This document shows, one piece after another, positions 1 to 7,091 of a DNA stretch of 9,543 nucleotides. The notes below the pieces were generated by a model that saw only the letters and a list, made by a program, of their open reading frames with translations, was not told the DNA's origin and did not search any database. Both the position numbers and the translations under genes were made by a program. Each line of letters begins with the position of its first letter. Position 1 is the stretch's first letter. Source of the stretch: Candidatus Thorarchaeota archaeon (GTDB lineage Archaea > Asgardarchaeota > Heimdallarchaeia > Hodarchaeales > Hodarchaeaceae); contig JBHLRO010000044.1 in assembly GCA_048882505.1 (NCBI GenBank), positions 1 to 9,543 of the forward strand, written 5' to 3'.

Positions 1-152
1 ACTCCAAAATCTCATGTCCACTATCGGTCTCGGACAAACGGGGAAAAGAATAAAACAATTGGGGAAACCAAGCTTTTGCTGTTTTAACCTTATTTGGCGC
101 GATCGTCAAAGTTTGGAGCATCGGAGCAAAACATTCCGATGTATGGAGTGTG

Positions 153-160
153 TTATATAA
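153..160 (+). promoter_or_regulatory. Candidate archaeal TATA box (TTATATAA) for the giant ORF
   Basis: TTATATAA ends 52 nt before the ATG at 213. GTGATC (203-208), just before that ATG, matches the 3' part of the extended SD GGAGGTGATC. No clear BRE. Confidence 0.35.
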
Positions 161-212
161 TCTGATTTCCATCTAATTTGGACTCAATTTTCATCTTGAG
201 TTGTGATCGTAG

Positions 213-3200
213 ATGGATTTGCGCAAAAATCTTTTCTATTACGTAGCATTCTGTGTGTTCTTCTTCGTAGGGGCTATCGCCCAAGCCTACGAACAAGGCA
301 CCGTTTTAACTACCCTCCCCGATACGAGCGCAAACACGCCCGAGCGGCTTGCAGGGTACCTGAATAGTTATTTGGAACAAAAAGTCAATCCCAGTACCAT
401 GGCGGATGTGCTACTGACCGAGTACATCCAGCATCCCCAAGATCCTACGGGACTTGTCCCTCTGTTCCCCAGCCAGTCTGTTGTCCAGGAGCAATGGTTT
501 ACGAACGTGACCCTCTCGACCCTTGAGACACACGTCGTACCAGAAGGTGGCGCCACGGGAACCAAGGTCGGGTTCGCCCTCTATAGTCAACGTCGAAACG
601 ATACCCGTTGGCGACAACTTGGTTATTCCGTCTATGCGATCACAGGTGGTGAAACCACCCCTCTCAAGATCCGTTTCCAGATCAACCCCCTCTCGTTTGA
701 CGCCATGGGCGGGCGTCTGAAGATCATCCTCACCAACTTCGGGACGACTGACTCAGATCTGTTATACATCCCAGTTCTAGCTCGAACTGATCCCCACACG
801 GAGTTCTCGGCTATCAACACGGTGGTGAATGCAGAGAACGCGCTCTATCTTACGATCACACACCAGCGCCGAGACATCCGTGGGATCAGATTCATCGCTG
901 ATTATAAGAAACATATAGGGATACGCCTTCACGAGGTCATCCTCGCCGAGACAGACCAAGGCCAGATTTATCGGAAAAAGAGTGAGATTGTCGGAATATT
1001 TGATTATCCCACTCTGGAACGCATTGACAGTTTTTTGCAACCAGTTAGTAAACACAAAACCATTCTAGATAAACTATTCCCTTCCTTAGATAACAAAATC
1101 CGTTCCTCTTTGAATGATCTATTCATTGGGATCCCAATTATTAACTATTTCTTTAAATACACTCCATCCTCAAGTACTACGTCTTCTGCAACTAGAATAG
1201 AAATCCCTGTGCAGAATTTCATCGATTTCGTAGATCAACTCGCACGTCGATCTCAGACCGAACTCGAATTTGCGAGTAGACCAGCATTGCAGTCCTTGAT
1301 CTTATCAAGGAAGTTCAGTTCCCGTAATGGAATGGGTGATTACTCGGAGCTAATGAGCCTATTTGAAGGGATTTTCGTGACGGATTACAATAACCTCGAT
1401 CATCGTTCTAAATATGCAGTCGAACAGAACGGTAACGGAAAATACCTTCTTGAGCTCACTGGTGAACGAAGGGGAAAATGGCTGTTTGATCTTACTCAAG
1501 ATGACGAATATTTCATTACAGAACACAATTTAATTCCAGGTCAAAGGAGTAGTCCCCGAAAATATAGTCTATTGTCCTTACTTAATATGATAAATCAACA
1601 GTATTATAGTGCTAAAGAAACGGGGAGTCAAGGGATTCAAAAACTGCGATCACGGGGTTTAGGTCAAATTATAGCAGAGTATGATAACGAAGCGTCGTTT
1701 GATCACTTGAAACGACTTATTCGTGATATTGAACGTCCCTCGTACGAAGGTATTGTCATTGATCCTGATACACAAAACGGATTGATTAGGATCTTTGATC
1801 TAGACGGCATTCTTCAACAACAATACGGGGTCTACAATCCAGAAGCTCTTTTAGGTGTGGGCTATGACGGGATTGTTAACAGTCAATCGGAAAAAATTCA
1901 TAGCTGGATTACCCGTTCAATTGCGCCTTGGTCCAATCTGCAGGTTCCAGACGAACGCCCCGTAGATTCGTGGAGTGATCTGATCTACAGTATGGATATT
2001 GATCGCGATGACTCACCTGCGGAGCTATTTCTCCCCTACTTGAATACCTCTCGTCCCGATGCCTTATCGGTACCTGGTGTAGGAGACACCACAAAAGGCT
2101 GGTATATGGGCAATGGAGCCTATGACTACGGTCCGAATGATCGTGATCCACTAGATCATGATTGGCATGCTGGGAATATAACTGTCACGACTGGAGATGC
2201 TAATATCTACGATATCGTGATAGAAGGAGGGGGAATTGGGTATTTTACGGGTAGTTGTCCGAATCCTCCAACCTGCAATTACTTGGACGGATCTTGGATG
2301 GATAACAATGGGTGGATCATGTATGACTTGGGATCAGATATCCCTTCTTCTGGACAATGGCATGTAAGCTTCGATTTCAAAAAAACTAAATCAGGTCATG
2401 ATATGATCGACACCACCGCAATTGGACGCTGGGAGGAAGCCGGATTGGGAATATATTTGACTTCTGACCTTGGAGTGAGAGAGCTAATGGAGCGAAACGG
2501 AACCTATTCCGATGACATTGACTTCATGATTCCACTGCATCTCGATGATCAGCAAACGGAACATCTCAGTAATATTATTCCATTTTCTCTTTATGATCCA
2601 CGTTTCATTGTCAATTACTCGAACTATTACTCATTCTTCCCCGATGATGCAAATCAAGGACAAACTCCCAATGATCCAGGAGACACGCGTGCACTAAGCC
2701 ATTGGCCGGGAGGAACACTTTGGGACGGACAGATAGACCGATACTTCCATGAATTCACGTATACCCATCAATCAATTACATATTCAGATAGTGATGAGAG
2801 AGGAGTGGTACGTCTTGATCCTGATACATGGTATCATGTAGATATATATTATGACGACATAGTAGACCAATTAAACGTTCTGATCAATGGAGTTCTGATA
2901 GGATCAAATATTTTCATCCCAGAACTTAATCCAAATCGTCCAAGTGCAACGTTAGAAAACATTTGGTTTTATAACTATGCTGAACAAAAGACGATAATTA
3001 GCAATCTAGAAATATCTGAAAAAGTGGCTCCAATCCCCATTCCTCTACGATCATCCATAGTGGACGTAGAGATGCACGCGCAAAACCAATCGTTGACAGG
3101 ACCCCTCATCCCTTATTTCAACGGAGATCCTCTTTGGGAAACCGGAAGTTTCCTCTATGATACCTCTAGTCCGTACATAAAAGGCCAAGCTGTTAACATT

Positions 3201-5399
3201 GGCTTTGGTGCTCCTGATACGCCATATTGGCATGACCTTAACGGTGATGGGGCAGAACAAGATGGTGAATTCTTCTATGGAAGCAGCATTTATTCAGGAA
3301 AACAATCAATTCTCTCTGCTGGATATTCGGATGGTAGTTCAACTATTTATTCTGGAATACATTCTCTGCAAGGATCGGATTTCGGGTTCTTTTTGGATGA
3401 AATGAACTATTCCTCTGCCTATTCCATAAGTGCAGGGAGCATCAATAATGATAATTTGCTTGATAAATATCCTCAAACCCAACGGGATTATCAGCATGTT
3501 ATGACTTGGGACGAATTTGAAAGTCTTGTCGGGGCATTGCTTGTCACGGATTATGATACAAGTACATATGATTATCAATACCCGTCAGGGATGAGCGTAC
3601 CTTGGAATGGAAATGAGTACCATGAGGTGTTGTGGGGGAAAGCAGTTGATGATATATTAACCGCAGCCTTGGCCAACAATACAATCCCCTTGAATTCTAT
3701 CGACGCATGGGGACAGGTTCTGATAGGCCTTGTTTCAATGTTAGATGCAGTTTCGGGCTATAAGGTCTCTCCAGTCTGGAGTATCAACGGAAATTCAAGT
3801 CTACCTACACTGCTAAGGGACACCGCAGGTCAAGCTTATTGTGATGACTCCACATTTCCAGGGTTCGTCTATCGGGGATACAATCACGATAACCCAGTAC
3901 ATGGAAATACTGGAAGCCGGAATCATAAGTGGGCTACGCCGGGATATGCTGGGGTAGTCTCATATCGGGCAGGTGGGAATATGGCGATTTCTTCTTTTTA
4001 TGCAGGAGACTTGCACGAGAACGTTACTTACGGCGGAAGGAAGTGGTATTTGTTTGGCCTCGATGAGAGTGAGACCACCCAATACGTCTTGACAACGAGT
4101 ATGTTGCAGGATAGCACCTTGAATCCGCTCACTCCTTTTGAAAACGTAACCACTATTTCAGAAGAACGATTAGTAATTCAGGGAGCACGAGAGTTCCGAA
4201 ACATCGGTCAACCCCCGGATTATGACACTTATAGTCTGCATCTAGTGAGTGCACCTAGCGATATGCCAGGAGTAGCAGGCCAGCAGATCGTCGTAGCGGT
4301 GCACTGGGCTGATAATGTTGCACCCATAACAATATATCGTGATCCAACTGAATTATTCGTGGTTCTTGAGGATAAAGATCGATCAGGTGTATTCGAGAAT
4401 TTCTATCACGGACCGTTAGGCAAACATCTCGCCGCTCAATATGTCATAGGGAATGCGTATAACTACGTTAATATGGCACCTGAAGAAAGACCCGTAGGTG
4501 GATGGGATTGGTTCATGGAGGCACTGAGTGGCCTTCTAATGGGAGCTCTGGAGTCGTTACCAATTTTCTCGGAATTGTGGGATATGTTTCTCAGTTTTGT
4601 AGGGAGTGGTGTTCAAATGGCACTGGATGTCTTTTTACAGCTAATTGGCGTACTTCTTTACGATGTTTTGTCAATGGTATTTACTTCCAATCCGTGGAAT
4701 GTTGAATACCAAGTCCAATCAGATGAGGAGGACTACATGGATGGCACCCTGAAAGACGATGGCAGGCAACTTATCGATACTGCTACAGGTATGCCTTCCC
4801 GTGATGGAGACAAGTTTAGACCTTGGGGTTTAGCCAATAATGGTTTGGATGATGATTTTGATCAAAAAGCTGGTTATATCGTTCGTATTCTGAAATACAT
4901 GTCTGATTCCTCAGATAAATATTCAGATGAAGCGACTAGAAGGAGAGAATTACCAGATGGCGTAGGAGAATCAAATGGTTTTCTATTCCTAGGGGACATC
5001 CTAGTCGATGCCGTAAATGAGTACGATCCTCTGCTATGGACTGATATGAATGTAAATGACTTATTTTCTGAATCTTCTTTTGATCCTGATTCAAATCAAG
5101 TTAAGGAAACCAAAAAGAGCATTAAAGCCAGGAACAAAAGAGGAGATTGGCGATCTGAAATAAGTAAAAGACCTCAAGTGTTTGTTGATTATTTGATAAA
5201 TGCTATTGCGGAGTTAAGAGAAATGGGGATGGGGACGCGCGACGCATTCATTAAATATCTTCTGAATGATTTGGGAAAGCTCATTGATGACATCAATGAA
5301 AAGAACCTTCCATTATTAAGCTCATCAATCAGGGATCTTTTGCCTGAAATAACGCAGAAAGGGAATACTTTGAAGGGAGGCCCAACCAACCTCCCCTAA
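213..5399 (+). CDS. Giant (1728 aa) secreted/membrane-anchored protein of unknown function with a ConA/LamG-like region; C-terminus possibly truncated
   Basis: Uninterrupted 5.2-kb ORF. N-terminus MDLRKN + FYYVAFCVFFFVGAI + AQA resembles a Sec signal peptide with an AxA cleavage site. Aa ~714-936 (GQWHVSFDF ... DTWYHVDIYYD..LNVLINGVLIG ... IISNLEISE) resembles the ConA-like lectin/LamG pattern. DLNGDGAEQDGE (aa 1008-1019) is a DxDxDG-type Ca-binding-like loop. Hydrophobic stretch at aa 1431-1490. Confidence 0.9.
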   Translation: MDLRKNLFYYVAFCVFFFVGAIAQAYEQGTVLTTLPDTSANTPERLAGYLNSYLEQKVNPSTMADVLLTEYIQHPQDPTGLVPLFPSQSVVQEQWFTNVTLSTLETHVVPEGGATGTKVGFALYSQRRNDTRWRQLGYSVYAITGGETTPLKIRFQINPLSFDAMGGRLKIILTNFGTTDSDLLYIPVLARTDPHTEFSAINTVVNAENALYLTITHQRRDIRGIRFIADYKKHIGIRLHEVILAETDQGQIYRKKSEIVGIFDYPTLERIDSFLQPVSKHKTILDKLFPSLDNKIRSSLNDLFIGIPIINYFFKYTPSSSTTSSATRIEIPVQNFIDFVDQLARRSQTELEFASRPALQSLILSRKFSSRNGMGDYSELMSLFEGIFVTDYNNLDHRSKYAVEQNGNGKYLLELTGERRGKWLFDLTQDDEYFITEHNLIPGQRSSPRKYSLLSLLNMINQQYYSAKETGSQGIQKLRSRGLGQIIAEYDNEASFDHLKRLIRDIERPSYEGIVIDPDTQNGLIRIFDLDGILQQQYGVYNPEALLGVGYDGIVNSQSEKIHSWITRSIAPWSNLQVPDERPVDSWSDLIYSMDIDRDDSPAELFLPYLNTSRPDALSVPGVGDTTKGWYMGNGAYDYGPNDRDPLDHDWHAGNITVTTGDANIYDIVIEGGGIGYFTGSCPNPPTCNYLDGSWMDNNGWIMYDLGSDIPSSGQWHVSFDFKKTKSGHDMIDTTAIGRWEEAGLGIYLTSDLGVRELMERNGTYSDDIDFMIPLHLDDQQTEHLSNIIPFSLYDPRFIVNYSNYYSFFPDDANQGQTPNDPGDTRALSHWPGGTLWDGQIDRYFHEFTYTHQSITYSDSDERGVVRLDPDTWYHVDIYYDDIVDQLNVLINGVLIGSNIFIPELNPNRPSATLENIWFYNYAEQKTIISNLEISEKVAPIPIPLRSSIVDVEMHAQNQSLTGPLIPYFNGDPLWETGSFLYDTSSPYIKGQAVNIGFGAPDTPYWHDLNGDGAEQDGEFFYGSSIYSGKQSILSAGYSDGSSTIYSGIHSLQGSDFGFFLDEMNYSSAYSISAGSINNDNLLDKYPQTQRDYQHVMTWDEFESLVGALLVTDYDTSTYDYQYPSGMSVPWNGNEYHEVLWGKAVDDILTAALANNTIPLNSIDAWGQVLIGLVSMLDAVSGYKVSPVWSINGNSSLPTLLRDTAGQAYCDDSTFPGFVYRGYNHDNPVHGNTGSRNHKWATPGYAGVVSYRAGGNMAISSFYAGDLHENVTYGGRKWYLFGLDESETTQYVLTTSMLQDSTLNPLTPFENVTTISEERLVIQGAREFRNIGQPPDYDTYSLHLVSAPSDMPGVAGQQIVVAVHWADNVAPITIYRDPTELFVVLEDKDRSGVFENFYHGPLGKHLAAQYVIGNAYNYVNMAPEERPVGGWDWFMEALSGLLMGALESLPIFSELWDMFLSFVGSGVQMALDVFLQLIGVLLYDVLSMVFTSNPWNVEYQVQSDEEDYMDGTLKDDGRQLIDTATGMPSRDGDKFRPWGLANNGLDDDFDQKAGYIVRILKYMSDSSDKYSDEATRRRELPDGVGESNGFLFLGDILVDAVNEYDPLLWTDMNVNDLFSESSFDPDSNQVKETKKSIKARNKRGDWRSEISKRPQVFVDYLINAIAELREMGMGTRDAFIKYLLNDLGKLIDDINEKNLPLLSSSIRDLLPEITQKGNTLKGGPTNLP

Positions 5400-6389
5400 A
5401 TCGATGGCAGTTGTATGGAGAATTTCACGAATTCCCTCAACACTCAGTTCATCATTAACCGATTTCATTAAAGCAATGGTTGCAGCGACTTGAGGAGCTG
5501 CGAATGAGGTGCCTATGCCATACGCATAATCGTCATAGAGGGAAGTGCTTCGTATTTTCTGATTATCAAAGGCATTGTGGTCCCCTACGGGGGCGACCAG
5601 TTCTACGGATGAACCATAATTGGCATAATCTGCTTTTCCATAATAGAAATTTGTAGCACCCACTGCTATGACATTGTCATATGCACCTGGAAAGGATGAG
5701 TATTGGAGGCCCTTGCCAGTGTCATTAACGAACGAATTTCCTGTGATCGAGACTACGGGGATATTGATGTTAATGGCTTCATCCATGGCCTCCTTGATAA
5801 CCTCCGAAAAGATAGGAAACTGTATACTGAGGCTTATAACATCAGCACCATTGGTAATAGCATAACGTAATGCCCTAGCCATAGTCTGGGTCCAGTTCAG
5901 ACCTGCTGTGTGACCTGTTTGATTAAGAATGCGAATATCCATTATCTTGACGTTGTTGGAAATTCCAATGATCATTCTCCGATTAGTTGTGTTTCTCGCT
6001 GCGATGATCCCTGCAATAAATGTTCCATGAGAGTTAATTGGGTCCTCATAGTCCCATCCTGGTGTATTATCATCAGAGACGAAATCCCATCCATATCCAT
6101 CATCTACATAGCCATTTCTATCATCATCTAACCCGTTGTCAACGATTTCATCCAAGTTAATCCACTGACTATGGACAAGCTTTGGATGATAAAAATCAAT
6201 TCCACTATCAATTACTGCAATAGTAAGGTTTGGATTACCTCCGTCGGCTATGTTCCAGGCGCCAACAACGTCAATTTGTTTGAGATGCCATGGGAGCTCC
6301 GTTACATCGATATTTGGTAAAGGAGAACTGAGAAGCAAAAGGATAACAGTCAGAACAATTACGATGATTAATGGTTGAGACCTTCTCAT
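5325..6389 (-). CDS. S8 subtilisin-like serine protease (354 aa from ATG 6389), secreted or membrane-anchored, no propeptide, C-terminus apparently truncated
   Basis: Catalytic motifs IAVIDSG (Asp), HGTFIAGII (His) and GTSFAAPQVAA (Ser), with the oxyanion Asn in ITGNS. Carries the common subtilase insert WINLDEIVDNGLDDDRNGYVDDGYGWDF. The ATG at 6389 gives MRRSQP + IIVIVLTVILLLL (signal/TM), so I prefer it to the 6518 start in the ORF track. Confidence 0.95.
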   Translation of the reverse strand: MRRSQPLIIVIVLTVILLLLSSPLPNIDVTELPWHLKQIDVVGAWNIADGGNPNLTIAVIDSGIDFYHPKLVHSQWINLDEIVDNGLDDDRNGYVDDGYGWDFVSDDNTPGWDYEDPINSHGTFIAGIIAARNTTNRRMIIGISNNVKIMDIRILNQTGHTAGLNWTQTMARALRYAITNGADVISLSIQFPIFSEVIKEAMDEAININIPVVSITGNSFVNDTGKGLQYSSFPGAYDNVIAVGATNFYYGKADYANYGSSVELVAPVGDHNAFDNQKIRSTSLYDDYAYGIGTSFAAPQVAATIALMKSVNDELSVEGIREILHTTAIDLGEVGWASLQSIPFLRYFRQKIPD

Positions 6390-6431
6390 TTTGATATTCC
6401 TAATTCCGAAGATAATTCTGTCTCTTAGTAA

Positions 6432-6607
6432 AAAATTCGATCCTTTAGTATCTGTGTATCCTGCAACTGATGAATCATATTTCAGGAATAGCCATGGTGG
6501 AAGGTAACTCTCAGACAAGAAGGGTGGCCGTTACTTTTAATAACGACAGTGTAACGACTAAGTGAATTGAAAAAGTTATCAATAAACGAGGCGATCGAAT
6601 TACTTGA
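6432..6607 (+). pseudogene. Decayed HMA-domain (CopZ/MerP-like metal chaperone) gene
   Basis: One frame (6432-6470) reads KIRSFSI-CVSC-N*, giving a CxxC at 6453-6464. A second frame (6467-6607) reads LMNHISGIAMVEGNSQTRRVAVTFNNDSVTTK*IEKVINKRGDRIT*, matching the HMA pattern LxGVxxVxV(N/D)LxTxxVxVx(Y/F)DxxxVxxxxIxxxIxxxGY. Lesions: frameshift plus deletion after CxxC, in-frame TGA at 6563-6565, and no start codon. Confidence 0.7.
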
Positions 6608-6651
6608 GAAAAACCGGATCGGGTGCCACCTACAGTAAGTTTTCTCTAAAC

Positions 6652-6990
6652 TCAAGACATTTCGTAAATCCTTACAAATTCGTAGCTTTTCCAAGCTCTC
6701 GTGACAATTAGTGTCAATCATTCGTGACAAAAAAACTATTGCTACTCTCACCGAGGGAAGAATCTGTCAAATTTTCGTAACTTAACCACTTCCAAAGCAA
6801 GGAAACCCGACAAAATCAAGAATGAGGGGTCATTCAGGGGAAGGTTATACAAAGCTGAAAAAAAATTAGGAGGGATGATCATACCTTCAATTGGAGTCAA
6901 ATTCGTAAATAGAGGGAGGTTTGACCTGCCTCTCGTGCTCGCAGATATGAATATGAAAAATCGGGGAGTCTTTTTTTCTTTCGTGTATAT
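6652..6990 (+). repeat. Cluster of short co-oriented motifs (TCGT core; GTCAA-N1-3-TTCGT[A/G]A) with a TGACA-N5-TGTCA palindrome
   Basis: TCGT starts at 6662, 6680, 6699, 6722, 6775, 6903, 6933 and 6981, all on the + strand. Exact 9-mers are duplicated: TCGTGACAA (6699, 6722) and TTCGTAAAT (6661, 6902). GTCAA precedes TTCGT at 6713, 6766 and 6896. Confidence 0.45.
6911..6933. other. Stem-loop AGAGGGAGGT-TTG-ACCTGCCTCT
   Basis: 10-bp stem with one G/G mismatch (6916/6928) and a 3-nt loop. Function unknown. Confidence 0.4.
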
Positions 6991-7083
6991 AAGGTCATCA
7001 CCTCATAGGTTATTGACATAACATGAGTGTCATGCTCCCCCCTGAAGCGTGCGTAAATCCTGACGCGTGACTAGTTAAGGGAG
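6986..7083 (+). promoter_or_regulatory. Candidate TATA box (TATATAA 6986-6992) and SD (AAGGGAG 7077-7083) for the 344-aa ORF
   Basis: The SD-like purine run ends 8 nt before ATG 7092. The TATA-like box lies ~100 nt upstream. A TGACA-N9-TGTCA palindrome (7014-7032) sits between them. Confidence 0.35.
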
Positions 7084-7091
7084 AAATCACG

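Noticed and set aside
213-4500. Twelve N-x-S/T sequons before the hydrophobic segment and none after it
   Set aside because: Compatible with type I topology, but roughly the number expected by chance from the Asn and Ser/Thr content.
368-5389. Short alternative-frame and antisense ORFs (62-92 aa) nested in the giant ORF
   Set aside because: They lie wholly inside a much longer ORF and show no motifs or RBS, so they are likely shadows.
6390-6518. Upstream in-frame start (MSESYLPPW...) for the protease
   Set aside because: It would put 43 non-signal residues ahead of the signal peptide, and it overlaps the antisense of the HMA remnant.
6563-6565. In-frame TGA as evidence of stop-codon recoding
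   Set aside because: The long ORFs contain no internal TGA and two genes appear to end on TGA. The same remnant has other lesions, so decay is simpler.
6482-6751. 89-aa minus-strand ORF
   Set aside because: No motif, and it is antisense to the HMA pseudogene and the repeat cluster.
6790-6808. TTCCAAAGCAAGGAAACCC resembling an archaeal ORB
   Set aside because: Spacing does not fit TTCCAGTGGAAAC, it is single-copy, lacks the G-string, and there is no cdc6/orc1 in the window.
7013-7018. Perfect bacterial -35 hexamer TTGACA
   Set aside because: No -10 element at 16-18 nt spacing. It is better explained as half of the TGACA/TGTCA palindrome.
6875-7021. Overlapping small ORFs: + 6875-7021 (48 aa) and - 6897-7019 (40 aa)
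   Set aside because: No recognisable motif. The SD-like run abuts the + ATG with zero spacing, and both overlap putative regulatory sites.
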